From contig OZ025800.1 of assembly GCA_964019425.1 (NCBI GenBank), positions 1,178,001-1,242,000 of the forward strand: a DNA stretch of 64,000 nucleotides. The letters run 5' to 3'. A program made the translations under genes and the position numbers. This document shows, piece by piece, positions 34,905 to 46,189 of this stretch. Numbering within the stretch: the first letter of the stretch is position 1; the number at the start of each line of letters is the position of its first letter. The notes under the pieces are model-generated. The model worked only from the letters and a program-made list of their open reading frames with translations. It ran no database searches and was not told where the DNA came from. Source of the DNA: Flectonema sp. DT1601. Its lineage: Eukaryota.

Positions 34905-36299
34905 ATGAATTATTTTGATGAACCACCTGTGGGGTCATTTAATAATGTTGGAGTTCCAACTCGAAGTGTAGAAACAATGCAGGGCTATGACATTGATAAA
35001 GATCCAACAGCAGCAGGAGCTCATCCAATTGACTTAAAGTCTGGACCTCCAGAAATAGCAGCGAGTGGTATGGTTGATGTCATTAGAAATAAATTACACG
35101 ATGTCAGAAGTAATGTTTTAGCGGATATGCAAGACGCTGAAAAATCACTTATGAGGGATATTGAAGTAGCCGGGTCAGTGATCGATACGAATACTGATAA
35201 TTACCCACAAAGACGTACTCGATTTCAAGCATCATCACCAAGCAGACTCATTGACGGAATATCAATATGTGATGTTTGTGGTCTTAAAAGAGACGAGGCT
35301 TCATTTTGTCCGATAACTGGTAATCTTCATCGAACTACAACTTCTCGTTTTGAAGAAGTTAGAAGATCGTTATTAAGAGACGCTGACCAACCAGCGAAAG
35401 ATTTCGGAACTCAAACATTCGCACAACCAGACACAATGGGAACAACAAATAATTATGGAATTCAACTGAATGTTGGAGGGTATTGTTTAGTAAGAACAGA
35501 AACAGAAGTTCGCAAACAGTGCTCATCAGGAACAGCAATATGGCATGACGCCATGGCAAAGTATTGTAATGGTGCTGCAGTAGGTCGAATAGTCTTTGCG
35601 AAACCAAACTGCAGCACTGCTGACGTTACATTTCCTGACAAAGCATCATGGCTGTTCCCTGTGGGTGCGCTCACTCCTTATAAAATACCAACTTCTTTAG
35701 ATCAAATGACTTCATTTCCTGCTCGAGAAGATCCTCTTGAAGATCCGCACGATAATTATTTCATCGAATCACTGCAGCAGTCCCTTCGAGAACGTGACAT
35801 TCTAAACAGAATTTCTGAACTCCGCATGCAATACACAGAACGCTATATTATAATTTATAAAGAAGAAAAGACTGCTAGAAAGCAGTTGATGTTAGCATTC
35901 AATGAGTTGGGACAAATAGTTCAGTTGGAGAGTCAAGCTGTTCCTACTCATCGACCTTTCAATTATAATTATCCACAGATGGCTAGAGTAGAACCCGCTG
36001 GGCCTGTTCCTGTTGCAAGACACACGAGAAATCCATTTACTGACCTGACTGATAACTATTCGAGGCTACCTCCTGCAGCCACAAATGCTAATGAAGATGC
36101 TTGGAAGGTGGTGGGTGTAACTGATGGAGGACATTATATATTCAAAGAAAGCTCTCCTGGAACTTCCTTTCCGGCTCAACGATCTCAATTAGCTCAAGAT
36201 GAACCCTCTTCTCGATATGCTGCTCTCGAACAGAAACATGACCGCCAGGAACGTCACTTTATTCCGAAAACTCTGCAAAACAAAGAATCGATGCTTTAA
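34905..36299 (+). CDS. Hypothetical protein with a CxxC..FCPxTGxxH zinc ribbon and a Mind-bomb-type SH3 repeat domain
   Basis: CDVCGLKRDEASFCPITGNLH, and VGGYCLVRTETEVRKQC..WHDAMAKYC..VGRIV..DVTFPDKASWLFPVGAL. AAAAACAG precedes the ATG. Confidence 0.75.
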   Translation: MNYFDEPPVGSFNNVGVPTRSVETMQGYDIDKDPTAAGAHPIDLKSGPPEIAASGMVDVIRNKLHDVRSNVLADMQDAEKSLMRDIEVAGSVIDTNTDNYPQRRTRFQASSPSRLIDGISICDVCGLKRDEASFCPITGNLHRTTTSRFEEVRRSLLRDADQPAKDFGTQTFAQPDTMGTTNNYGIQLNVGGYCLVRTETEVRKQCSSGTAIWHDAMAKYCNGAAVGRIVFAKPNCSTADVTFPDKASWLFPVGALTPYKIPTSLDQMTSFPAREDPLEDPHDNYFIESLQQSLRERDILNRISELRMQYTERYIIIYKEEKTARKQLMLAFNELGQIVQLESQAVPTHRPFNYNYPQMARVEPAGPVPVARHTRNPFTDLTDNYSRLPPAATNANEDAWKVVGVTDGGHYIFKESSPGTSFPAQRSQLAQDEPSSRYAALEQKHDRQERHFIPKTLQNKESML

Positions 36300-36537
36300 G
36301 ATGTTATCCCTCTTCTGTTTTGGGATTAAAGAAAATATTGAAAAGCTTATTTTGTTTTTTTTGTAAATTTGTTTTGGTTTCTTTTTATCACCAATTGCAA
36401 TATTCTCTTCCTTAGAAATATCTCACTTTAGAATTCTTTAGTTTTGTTTACTTTAAGTACATGTCAAGGCATTAATAACAATTAGGAAGTCGATTCATAT
36501 TTTTAGTTCTTCTCAAAACAGTCAATCCTCCTCCCCA

Positions 36538-39500
36538 ATGGCGAGGACGGTTCCCAGGATTAATTCGTTAGATAAATATCCTTATGTTAATATTTTTCGA
36601 TTACCTGCCTTCGATGTGGATCGAAACCTGCTTCTAAAAGGAGACGTCAATCAAGTAACAGATCCCGAAATCCATCGTCGAGTGTGGAATGTAATTGGAG
36701 ATATTCCTGTTAACAATTGCTTAACTTTTCCAAAAGAAGGAGCAATGCAGTTGCCAGGTAGGTTTTTATACATTTTAGCAAAGGCCAGAGGAAAGGCATA
36801 TTTCATACACGTTGAGGTAACAGCAGACAGAGGTCCAAGTGTACGAATTAGCATCAGCAACACCTACAAAGAAAATATCCCTGGAGTAGTTGGAAGCAGC
36901 GCGATGACTAATATAAAATTAAAGACTCCACAATTGAATCGTTGGGGAGTGATAGCCATTGACGTAGAGCAGACTTTATCATCACATCTGCCGAATAGAT
37001 TATTCAAAAACATAAAATCAATAAATGTATGTGCTGCTATAAGTGTAAGAGCAATGATTTCTTCAAGTTTAGTTTACAAAGAAGACTCACTACCTCAAGA
37101 GGCATGTCTTCCTATTATTGATAAAAAACTTTGGATAGACACATACGACTGGTATTGGATACACGAACCTTCTTTAGATGACCCTGCGCAGCGAGCAGAA
37201 CGACCTCGTAATCCTCTCGTTCTTTCTGTGAATTATGCTTCTCCTAATAGAAGTATTGTATCGTCTGGGTCTTTAAAAAATGATCAATCGGTTATGAACA
37301 TCAGCAGGAGTCCGTTACGACTTGCTACCCTTCGTAGTGTTCAACATGTTAACAATCAAGGTAATGTTCTTATGGGAAGAGGAAAGACTGCCATGTGGAC
37401 TTCAGGGAGGATTATCGTTCAGCAGAATACTGAAACTGGAGAACAACAATACCTCATAGGTCATAAAAATAGTATTTCTCAACTATTCTCTGACATCAAC
37501 AGAAAACTTCTCGGATCGTTTCAAAACGGACCTCCACAAATAAGACTTTGGAATCTCTCTGAACAACGTCAACTAGGAACAGCATTAAACCTGAAAGATC
37601 ATTTAAGTGAAGTTACGACTGCCTGTATATCTGATGAGGTGCACACAATGCTTGTTGCTGGGACAAGTGATAAAAAGAAAAGTGGATTATTACTTTATGA
37701 TTGCAGCAATCCTTCAAAAGTTAAATTATCCTTAAAATACAACAGCTCTACTGATTCAGCAGTCATAGTACAGGCTGCATTCGTTCCAATGACATCGAGT
37801 GATGGATGTAAATTCTGCACCTGCGACAACGGTCCTTCAATAAAGTTCTGGAGAGTAAAAGGAAATCAACTTCGTTACTTTCCTTATCACGACAAGAGTC
37901 GTTCTCATAACTTTAATTGTATCGCATTTGATCCTGATTTAAAAAGACACGCTTATGCAGCTGTTACACTTTATGCTGGGACTGTTGAAGGTTTTGTTCA
38001 TATTATTAACTACGAGACTAACACTACAGCTTACGTAGCACAAGCTCATTACAATCCAATCACAGGAATATCTCCTTCTGGAGGTGTGTGTGCGACATCT
38101 GATTCGGAAGGTTTCTTTAAAGTTTGGCCTCTTGATATGTCATCTAGTCATATTGAAACACAGTTAGATGCTTCAATAGTAAGTATCAGTCAAAGTAGAA
38201 CTGGTCTACATACGGTTTGTTTGACATCACTCGGAAAGATTTGTGTTGTTGATTTCGCTCTTCGCAGTTTACTTAAAATTCTTGATTCACATCAAGGATC
38301 AATTAATTCTTGTGTTCATCATGGAAGTAGATCTTTATTAGCTACTTCATCAACTGATGGTTGGATTAGAGTTTGGGATGAGGACCTTGTTGGGACCTGT
38401 GCTGTTCATTTTGATTGTTCTCTTCTTCCTTCATTATTTGGAAAGGGTAATTCCATCAGCATAGATACCATTGTGGGACAGCATTCGAAGAATCAAAATA
38501 TTATTTCTGGTCAGTTGAAATCACCTTCTAAGAACGATAAGATGCCTCTCTGTTTAGCGTGGTCTAAAGATGTTAACTCAGCAGTGTTAGCATGCGGTTA
38601 TTCCAGAGGATCAGTTCGTATCTTTGATGTTGATCATCGATGTGTGATGACTTCATACAGCACTCACTCTCACGATGTACTTCAAGTTCTGTACACATCA
38701 AATAAGAAATGGTTGGCTACGATGGATTGTTTGCAAATCTGTTTTGCCGACACTCGACACAACTACCACGTCTCACGAGTAGTTCGATTTAACGAATCGA
38801 TTCCGAATGTGAAATTAAAAGAATCAGTTAGTGGAGAAGTGTTAGGAATTATTGGAGCCAGTGAAAGTAAAATTCATTTATTCAACTGCGAGTATGGATT
38901 AGAGTTAGGTTATATTCAAGATCACGAATCAGATGCTGGTTCTGCGTGTTGTATATTAAACATCGCTTTCGGAGAAGGTGATCTTTTAGCAGCTGCGACA
39001 AGTGAAGGTCATGTTACTCAGTGGCGGCTACCATCACCGATGCCACCACCACCTCCACCTGAAGATACCGATTTCGGTATCAGTTCACCACTTCTTCCGG
39101 CTACTAAGTTGTCGAAAACAGGTGCTGGAACATTTGGGGGATCTGTTTTGGAATTATCTCCCGAACATAATTTTATTATATCAAATCACGCTACCAAATC
39201 AAATATCATTTCAGTTGCTGAGTTTCCATTGCATGAGGGAACCCAATCTCCTGAAGTTATAAAAAACTTTTCTTATCCTCATTCTCGTAACTTCACACAA
39301 GCAGTCTGGACGCCTGACTCAAAAACACTCATAACTACTGATGAGGGAGGTTGCTTTGCTGTGTGGGAATTTGACAACGAAGCTCGAGAAGATGTGGATG
39401 AGCACAGCGTGACTCAGAATTATGATATTCCACACACAGTAGCAGAGTCAACTGGTGGAGTAAGCAGCAGGTTATTTAATAAAAATACTTTACCACACCA

Positions 39501-41529
39501 ACCTAGACCAGAGACAAACAGCATCCCTGTTTCAGATCCTGATGAACTTGGATTATACTTGTCGGGGTCACTACTTAGGAATGTAGAAACTGTCGAGTCA
39601 GCTGTCAGGGGAGATAATTTAACTTTCTCTGTCTGTGGAGGAGTAGTATCAAGCTCTGAACATGTGTTAATGAATAATGGATTCGTTACTACGATGTCGT
39701 TATCTAATAATCAAAAGTATATTGCTGTTGGTGTTTATCACAGAACAGATCCTGCGCGTGTTATTATTTGGGATCTGAACAACACAACCTGTGCGGGTGT
39801 CTTACCACTTCAAGAAGCTCGTTATGTTCAGGATATTAGTTGGTGTTCTTCTGATGAGAAAATCTTAATCATCTGTCAAGATCGATTCTTGGTGGCAGCG
39901 ATTTCTTCTCAATCAATCGTTTACGCGTCTGCCAAAGTGCACGGAACACTCCTTCAAGGGATATTCTTAAATGAGAGTGGGAACACTGTTGTAGTTTGTG
40001 CAGATAGCGGTCTGTTGGTAGACACAATTCAGAATTCGAGTTCTCAAACACATCAAACAATTGGACTTCAGTGTTTGACCATCGCGCAGTACTTTGATAC
40101 TAATTTAGGAATGTCACGTACTAATTTAATTATATCAGGTGGTTGTGATGGATATTTATTGCTTTGGATTATTGATGAACAGCGTCCTAAGGCTGCTCGT
40201 ATTGTAGCAAAGCATCAGCCGTCTAGTAATCGTTTTGCTTCAATCTCTGGAGTTTCGTTTATGTCGAAATCTAACACTGCTGTGTGTACAACTCAACAGG
40301 GAAGTGTTCTTGTTGTTGAAATCTCAGCTGAAACTCCTTCAGTTCGATTCCGTTTCACGACACTTAGGGAAGTGCAAATTCCAGGAAATTGTTCAAGAAC
40401 ATCACCTTGTCTGAGACAACGTCGTAGTGGTTGTCAAGTTAGTGTGTTTACTGACTACGGAGGCACAGTTGAGTTAGACTTGTCGTATCAACCGGAATTA
40501 GTTTGTTCATCGAGTGTTGTTACTTCAGAGATCTCATCTTCATTATTTGAGTCTTGTGGTGAGTTATTCTTATCTGATACAGAACACCTCATAACTGTTG
40601 CTGCGAGTAATGGATTTATTGGTGTGTGGCATCGAGCAAGTAACACACTTATCACATCTGTTGGAGATATCTTCGAAATTATGGGTCCCATGGCACCTGT
40701 TACTGGAACCACTATCACTCAAATTCTAACCCACGAGAAGCTTGGAATCCTTATTAGTGATTCTGAAGGATATCTGTCTGTAGTTGGAATGATTCCTGCG
40801 ACTACGGGGGGAATTGAACTTCAGCTAAAACACAAATTTAAAGTTTCACAATACGGACTTACGGATATCATTTGGGCAGGCAATTACGAACTCGCTAATA
40901 TGTTTGCGTGCGATGCTAACGATAATGTGATAAAGTTATCTTGTAAACATTTAGTATCTCAACAAGGACGATCTCAAAGTGGTATTGAGTCTGAGGTACT
41001 TCTGAAAAGTACAAAACAATCAGGTAGATCTAAAGCAGGTGTTCAGTACAGCGGAAAACTTGACCAGGCAGCTTTAAACAGCAGCATCGTTTTACATAAG
41101 AAAGATCAAACTATTGATGTGTTTGAGTATGATGAGAAGAAACTTTCAGTTTTGCGGACGTTTGTTCCACCGACGGAGTGTTTTGACACTTGTCTAACCC
41201 CAAGTGGTTCGCATGTTGTGTATCTCGTTTCCGCGACTCTCGTTTTTTTCGATTTTCGGGGCATAGCGATCTCTCGTACTATCGATCTTCACAAACCCTG
41301 TTTTCGATCTTTTAAAATATCTCGAGACGAAGTTTTTATTTCGTTACTTTCTCCTTCTTGTAGCACCATCACACTTTGTGACTTTGATTATGGAACAATG
41401 CAAGACATTGATGGCCATGTGAATACTCCATTAAAGTGTGGATTCACTTCAGATTGTAAAAACTTCTATTCCATTAGTAGAGAAGGAGGAGCAGAGTTAT
41501 TCAAATGGGATGTGAAGGTCCTGGAGTGA
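36538..41529 (+). CDS. WDR90: WDR90/POC16-like centriolar protein (CFAP20-like N-terminal domain plus WD40 repeats)
   Basis: YPYVNIF..GDVNQVTDPEI..VIGDIPVNNCLTFPK..LPGRFLYIL matches the WDR90 N-terminus. Many WD repeats follow (GHKNSI, SHQGSINSC..DGWIRVWD). 1663 aa. Confidence 0.85.
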   Translation: MARTVPRINSLDKYPYVNIFRLPAFDVDRNLLLKGDVNQVTDPEIHRRVWNVIGDIPVNNCLTFPKEGAMQLPGRFLYILAKARGKAYFIHVEVTADRGPSVRISISNTYKENIPGVVGSSAMTNIKLKTPQLNRWGVIAIDVEQTLSSHLPNRLFKNIKSINVCAAISVRAMISSSLVYKEDSLPQEACLPIIDKKLWIDTYDWYWIHEPSLDDPAQRAERPRNPLVLSVNYASPNRSIVSSGSLKNDQSVMNISRSPLRLATLRSVQHVNNQGNVLMGRGKTAMWTSGRIIVQQNTETGEQQYLIGHKNSISQLFSDINRKLLGSFQNGPPQIRLWNLSEQRQLGTALNLKDHLSEVTTACISDEVHTMLVAGTSDKKKSGLLLYDCSNPSKVKLSLKYNSSTDSAVIVQAAFVPMTSSDGCKFCTCDNGPSIKFWRVKGNQLRYFPYHDKSRSHNFNCIAFDPDLKRHAYAAVTLYAGTVEGFVHIINYETNTTAYVAQAHYNPITGISPSGGVCATSDSEGFFKVWPLDMSSSHIETQLDASIVSISQSRTGLHTVCLTSLGKICVVDFALRSLLKILDSHQGSINSCVHHGSRSLLATSSTDGWIRVWDEDLVGTCAVHFDCSLLPSLFGKGNSISIDTIVGQHSKNQNIISGQLKSPSKNDKMPLCLAWSKDVNSAVLACGYSRGSVRIFDVDHRCVMTSYSTHSHDVLQVLYTSNKKWLATMDCLQICFADTRHNYHVSRVVRFNESIPNVKLKESVSGEVLGIIGASESKIHLFNCEYGLELGYIQDHESDAGSACCILNIAFGEGDLLAAATSEGHVTQWRLPSPMPPPPPPEDTDFGISSPLLPATKLSKTGAGTFGGSVLELSPEHNFIISNHATKSNIISVAEFPLHEGTQSPEVIKNFSYPHSRNFTQAVWTPDSKTLITTDEGGCFAVWEFDNEAREDVDEHSVTQNYDIPHTVAESTGGVSSRLFNKNTLPHQPRPETNSIPVSDPDELGLYLSGSLLRNVETVESAVRGDNLTFSVCGGVVSSSEHVLMNNGFVTTMSLSNNQKYIAVGVYHRTDPARVIIWDLNNTTCAGVLPLQEARYVQDISWCSSDEKILIICQDRFLVAAISSQSIVYASAKVHGTLLQGIFLNESGNTVVVCADSGLLVDTIQNSSSQTHQTIGLQCLTIAQYFDTNLGMSRTNLIISGGCDGYLLLWIIDEQRPKAARIVAKHQPSSNRFASISGVSFMSKSNTAVCTTQQGSVLVVEISAETPSVRFRFTTLREVQIPGNCSRTSPCLRQRRSGCQVSVFTDYGGTVELDLSYQPELVCSSSVVTSEISSSLFESCGELFLSDTEHLITVAASNGFIGVWHRASNTLITSVGDIFEIMGPMAPVTGTTITQILTHEKLGILISDSEGYLSVVGMIPATTGGIELQLKHKFKVSQYGLTDIIWAGNYELANMFACDANDNVIKLSCKHLVSQQGRSQSGIESEVLLKSTKQSGRSKAGVQYSGKLDQAALNSSIVLHKKDQTIDVFEYDEKKLSVLRTFVPPTECFDTCLTPSGSHVVYLVSATLVFFDFRGIAISRTIDLHKPCFRSFKISRDEVFISLLSPSCSTITLCDFDYGTMQDIDGHVNTPLKCGFTSDCKNFYSISREGGAELFKWDVKVLE

Positions 41530-41926
41530 ATCTTAACTTCCTTTTTTAGTTTTTTTCTTTTTTTATAGATTTAGTATTCATAGATTACATACACACTAAA
41601 AAAAAAAAAAAAAGGGTTTTCTTTTATGTATTTTTCTTTTTAATAATCTTCCTCGTTGCTGCCGTGCAAAACAGGAAACCATCCCCTCATAGATTCCCTT
41701 TTCCATCTTATAAGAACTGCATAACATACTAACAGCGAGCAGAGATCTCTCTGTTTAATAGCTAAAAATATTCGTTTTTTTATAACCGACGTAGTAATTA
41801 TAATTAATTGACATCTCTGTTTCAGGTGCGCAGTATGGACGATTTAAAGTAAACTTCCCCACACTTTTTTAGTGTTAAAATGTTTTTATTTATATTTCAT
41901 ATTTCTCAACCAGCCAGACCGTACCA

Positions 41927-44900
41927 ATGCCGAGAAAGAAAAAGTACGTCCAACCGCTCGAACTCCACGCGTATTGTAGAATTGTAAAAGTAACTCAAAT
42001 AGCTGGCTTATTGAAGGAGGTTAGGAGAATCAAAAAGGGTATAAAGTGCGCAGTTTCTAAAATAGTATGGCACGTCTACTATTGCAGAGTTGATGAGGAA
42101 GCGAAGGACCTGATGCAGACAAGAGTAGCTAAGGAAGGAGGGAAGTTCATTCGCAATCTCATTGAAATGAAAGAGAGTGGTGGTAGACAGCAGGATAATT
42201 TTGTTTCTACGCTCTCTCTCGACTTGTGGGAAATGCAATTCAAGAAATGTGAAATTGTTATACTCGACAATGACACTGACGGAGGGCTGAGTGTTCACGT
42301 TGATACTTTTCTGAGTGGGTGTTCGAACCACCGCATTCACATCGTCTCTGAACACCCCTGGGACGCAGAGCTTGTGAAGTATCAAAAGCAAGAGATGACT
42401 CCACCGAAAGTTATTTTTCACAAAATTCAAACATCTTTATCCAATTCATCAAAGAATGATGGATTTAATATGGTTTTGTTTAAAAGAAAATTGCTTGGTA
42501 AGAATGTGCAAAAGCTTCCCGCTTTCAAGAAACTTCCAACAGTACTTCCCCTCATTGATAGCAATCAAATTGTTATAATAACAGGCGGCACTGGATGTGG
42601 TAAAAGTTCAATTATTCCAAGTGCTCTCCGAATAGCACAGTTAGCTAAGAATATAGAAGTGAATATCGCAGTTGCACAGCCGAGAAGATTAGCAGCGATA
42701 CAACTTTGCGATAGAGTGAAAGAGTTAACGAATGGTGTTAATGAAATATTTTATTCAGAAACTAGTTATCGAATTGGTTTTGATAATCAAACAACTGCTA
42801 ACACTACTTTAGAATATTGTACTTATGGATGCCTACGTAATATGATTCTTCGATCAAACACTTTAGAAGGCTACACTCACGTATTCCTAGACGAAATTCA
42901 CGAGCGAAGCATCGACATAGATCTGGTCAGATCAATGCTACTTCCAGCTGTACGTGATAACCATATTAAGTTAGTTATTATGAGTGCTACTTGTAGTGTC
43001 AATCCAATGCTCAGACATTTCAGAGATCAGGGAATCTCTGAGGACAACATCGCAACAATCGATTTGACTGAGTCAGAAAATAATAAATATAAAGTTCAAG
43101 AAGTATATTTAAGTGAAATCATGTCTGAGATAACACAACGTCCTCGTAATTACTTTGAAACTGCTCCAATTGAGGGAATGACGTCGCTTGTGAATATGGA
43201 AGCACCGCTTGTTAAGAAATGTATTTTTGAAACTCTTGAGTATGAACTTTCTTATGAATGTCAATTTAAACAACTTGTTGACGATTATCTTGGAGACGCT
43301 CACGGGATTTATGGTGAATTCTTACAGTTTTATTCAATATTTACTATTAGTGATTTGGTTAATCAAAACATCCAAAACACTCTGGAGTCATCAAACATAT
43401 TAAAGCTTCTGAGAGCTTCAAGCAATCTCGCTAGAAGTGACATGTGTGGAGGAAGGTTACACGAGACGATATTAAATAAAACCTTTGACATCAGACTGAA
43501 TGAACACGGAATAGTAACAACAAATGGAAGTCTGTCTTCTTACTTGAAAGGCATCTCTGATAGGATAGAAGACTTGTTACCTAATGATGAAAGGATCAGA
43601 CTAGCTCTTTTATTACTGGAAACTCTAATAATACGAGGTAATGATAAAGGGATTATTGTCTTCCTTCCTGGGTATGCAGAGATTCAACGACTTCGATCTG
43701 AATTATTAGAAAAGATCAGATCTCAAATTGAAGTTTATGTTCTTCATTCTAATGTACCTGTTGATGTGCAGGATAGGGTGAAGGAAAAAACTAATAAAAT
43801 AAAAATAATTTTATCGACAAACAGCGGAGAGTCAAGTCTCACAATCCCAGATGTCAGTGCGGTGATTGACTGCTGCTTGGGTCGGTACGCTATTGATAGT
43901 TTTAGTGTTCAAACAATGCAGGTTAATAGAGATGCGGCAAACCAACGTCGTGGAAGAACAGGTCGAACATGTAATGGAAAGGTTTACAGATTGATTACTG
44001 AGTGGGAGTGGTCTTGCATGTCTCAGTTTCGTCAACCTGAACTCCTCGTTAAAGGACTTTCTGTCCCATTGCGACAACTCCTTGCAGCCTCACAAACAGT
44101 CACTGAAACCCAACGTGATGAAATCGTATCTAGTTTGATAACCAGCTGTTATCATAATCCGATTACTTGTCAAAATAGAATTATTGAGAAAGCCTGTCTG
44201 ATGCTTTTAAAACAGGGAGCTCTATCTGTCTCAAACCCGACAATTAATTCACTCGAAGAATTTAGAAATACCTTATCCCTTCCTGTAATTAATAATAATA
44301 GAGATTTATGGCTTCGTGCTTGGGAGGGAGAGTCTATTTGCCTTGACTTTTTAATTAAAGTGGCCAGTTGCAATCAGAGTCCTGATGCCCGTATCAGGAA
44401 CCCTCCTTGTGCGTTAGTTTCAGAGGGGCTTTCCTATTTCATAAGAAATAACAATACTACGGCAGACTTACTGTTAGCCATCGCTGCTTTAAGAACTCTA
44501 CTTGCTGGGACTTGGGAAGATCCAGAAGCAGATGTGAAGAAGTCAATCAGATCAATCCTTCGAGAAGGACAACATCAGTTTACTTCAGATGTGGTATCAG
44601 AAGTCATTGAGTTCAGTGCAGCGTTGGAAAATCGAGTCTTGTCGGTGGATACCAGCACGCCGTTGAAGTGCTATTTTTTGACTCCTTTGGGATTACTTCA
44701 AACAAAAATTCAAATGGACTGGCAGTGGGCGAAGTTTCTCACAATCGCGGCAAAATTTGGTGTTGCAACAGAGGCGTGCATGGCAGCGGTGTTCTGCGAC
44801 ACAAACAGAAATTTTGCTTCCACAAGTCAACAGTCGATGAAGTATTCACAGTTTAGCTCGGGAACAAACTCTTCTTGTGTGATTGCTGTGGAAATTGTTC

Positions 44901-46189
44901 AATGGTATCTCCACTTGAAGAAAATCGATCCTGAGAACGTCGAATCAAAAATCTACTCTCTCGGCATCACAATCGACAACATGGAAAATATCTGCACCAC
45001 CGTCGGAGTAGTGCTCGAGATTCTCGAAAGATTTAATTTAATTACTTCATCAAAGTTGATAAAGTTCTACTCACAACCTTTATCTTCGAGTGTTAAGTTT
45101 TATTTAATGATGAGTTGGGCTCTGGCGTTTATAGACAAAGCTTGTTTGTTTAAACCTCCACCAAAATCAACTGTTCACAGCAGACCAGTAATACCTCACT
45201 TAAAGAATACTTTAATAAGTGATAGAAGTGTTGTTGTGTCCAGCACCAGATGGGAAATACAAAAACGTGATTTTTATTTATCCGTCGGAGTAGAGTCGAG
45301 TGAATGTGAGGAGATGACGATTCCAAATGGCAGCTGGTCGCATGGTTCACCAACAGATTCCAGCGAACAAGTATTAGTAACGTTTCCTCAAGATAATAAA
45401 TTCAATCGTATTTGGGATGCGAATCCTTACGTTTGGATGGCTGAAAATTATAAATCCAATCCTGACATTCGAGTCACGGCGTGTTCCTTTTGGAGAACTG
45501 ATGAAGACAGCGCCTTGTGGGCCCCTTTTGGTTCCTGCACACAAATATGTGCGAAGGACAGAATTAATCCAACAGGACCATGTATGCCTATCTTATCAAA
45601 GAAACCAGTTGTTGTAATTCCTTCTTCGATTGCTGACTATCGAAAGGTTAGAAATCAACCAACGAATACAATGATGAATCCAATCTGTTTACCCTGCGGT
45701 GATGGTGATGGTAATGACGATAACACTTCAATTACTGAAGTCTTGTACGCTGCGCAGTTTGAAGGGTTATGCAGAGATGCTTTTGAACATCAGCAGCAAC
45801 AATTTCCAATCACTGACTTGCCTCCTTCAACGAGAGCTCTTCAGGTCGGATCTATAGAAATAATAATAGGAAAACAAGATTGGTTGAGGTCTCATAGTTT
45901 TCGTGAGTTCAGAAATATACTTTTTGATACCTCGTGTGCGACACCCGATTCAGTTATTGTGGCCAGAACTGCACTTGATGAGCTGTTGAAAGCAGCCGAC
46001 TATTCTACAACAGTCAACACATTCCTCGAATCTCTTACACCCCACGAAGAGAAACTACTACTGAAGTACGTTCCATTAGACATATCGCCTGTTCTGAATG
46101 AAGACTTTAAGGATGACTCAGAGATTGCCTTGTACCCAGGATTTCAAGAATTTACAGAGTGCGCCAAAGAAGCCGAGCTGCTGTGGTAG
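41927..46189 (+). CDS. DExH-box RNA helicase, Spindle-E/TDRD9 or plant DExH8-like
   Basis: GGTGCGKSS, QPRRLAA, DEIHERS, MSAT, IVFLPG, STNSGESSLTIPDV..VIDCCL and QRRGRTGRTCNGKVYRL. Confidence 0.85.
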   Translation: MPRKKKYVQPLELHAYCRIVKVTQIAGLLKEVRRIKKGIKCAVSKIVWHVYYCRVDEEAKDLMQTRVAKEGGKFIRNLIEMKESGGRQQDNFVSTLSLDLWEMQFKKCEIVILDNDTDGGLSVHVDTFLSGCSNHRIHIVSEHPWDAELVKYQKQEMTPPKVIFHKIQTSLSNSSKNDGFNMVLFKRKLLGKNVQKLPAFKKLPTVLPLIDSNQIVIITGGTGCGKSSIIPSALRIAQLAKNIEVNIAVAQPRRLAAIQLCDRVKELTNGVNEIFYSETSYRIGFDNQTTANTTLEYCTYGCLRNMILRSNTLEGYTHVFLDEIHERSIDIDLVRSMLLPAVRDNHIKLVIMSATCSVNPMLRHFRDQGISEDNIATIDLTESENNKYKVQEVYLSEIMSEITQRPRNYFETAPIEGMTSLVNMEAPLVKKCIFETLEYELSYECQFKQLVDDYLGDAHGIYGEFLQFYSIFTISDLVNQNIQNTLESSNILKLLRASSNLARSDMCGGRLHETILNKTFDIRLNEHGIVTTNGSLSSYLKGISDRIEDLLPNDERIRLALLLLETLIIRGNDKGIIVFLPGYAEIQRLRSELLEKIRSQIEVYVLHSNVPVDVQDRVKEKTNKIKIILSTNSGESSLTIPDVSAVIDCCLGRYAIDSFSVQTMQVNRDAANQRRGRTGRTCNGKVYRLITEWEWSCMSQFRQPELLVKGLSVPLRQLLAASQTVTETQRDEIVSSLITSCYHNPITCQNRIIEKACLMLLKQGALSVSNPTINSLEEFRNTLSLPVINNNRDLWLRAWEGESICLDFLIKVASCNQSPDARIRNPPCALVSEGLSYFIRNNNTTADLLLAIAALRTLLAGTWEDPEADVKKSIRSILREGQHQFTSDVVSEVIEFSAALENRVLSVDTSTPLKCYFLTPLGLLQTKIQMDWQWAKFLTIAAKFGVATEACMAAVFCDTNRNFASTSQQSMKYSQFSSGTNSSCVIAVEIVQWYLHLKKIDPENVESKIYSLGITIDNMENICTTVGVVLEILERFNLITSSKLIKFYSQPLSSSVKFYLMMSWALAFIDKACLFKPPPKSTVHSRPVIPHLKNTLISDRSVVVSSTRWEIQKRDFYLSVGVESSECEEMTIPNGSWSHGSPTDSSEQVLVTFPQDNKFNRIWDANPYVWMAENYKSNPDIRVTACSFWRTDEDSALWAPFGSCTQICAKDRINPTGPCMPILSKKPVVVIPSSIADYRKVRNQPTNTMMNPICLPCGDGDGNDDNTSITEVLYAAQFEGLCRDAFEHQQQQFPITDLPPSTRALQVGSIEIIIGKQDWLRSHSFREFRNILFDTSCATPDSVIVARTALDELLKAADYSTTVNTFLESLTPHEEKLLLKYVPLDISPVLNEDFKDDSEIALYPGFQEFTECAKEAELLW

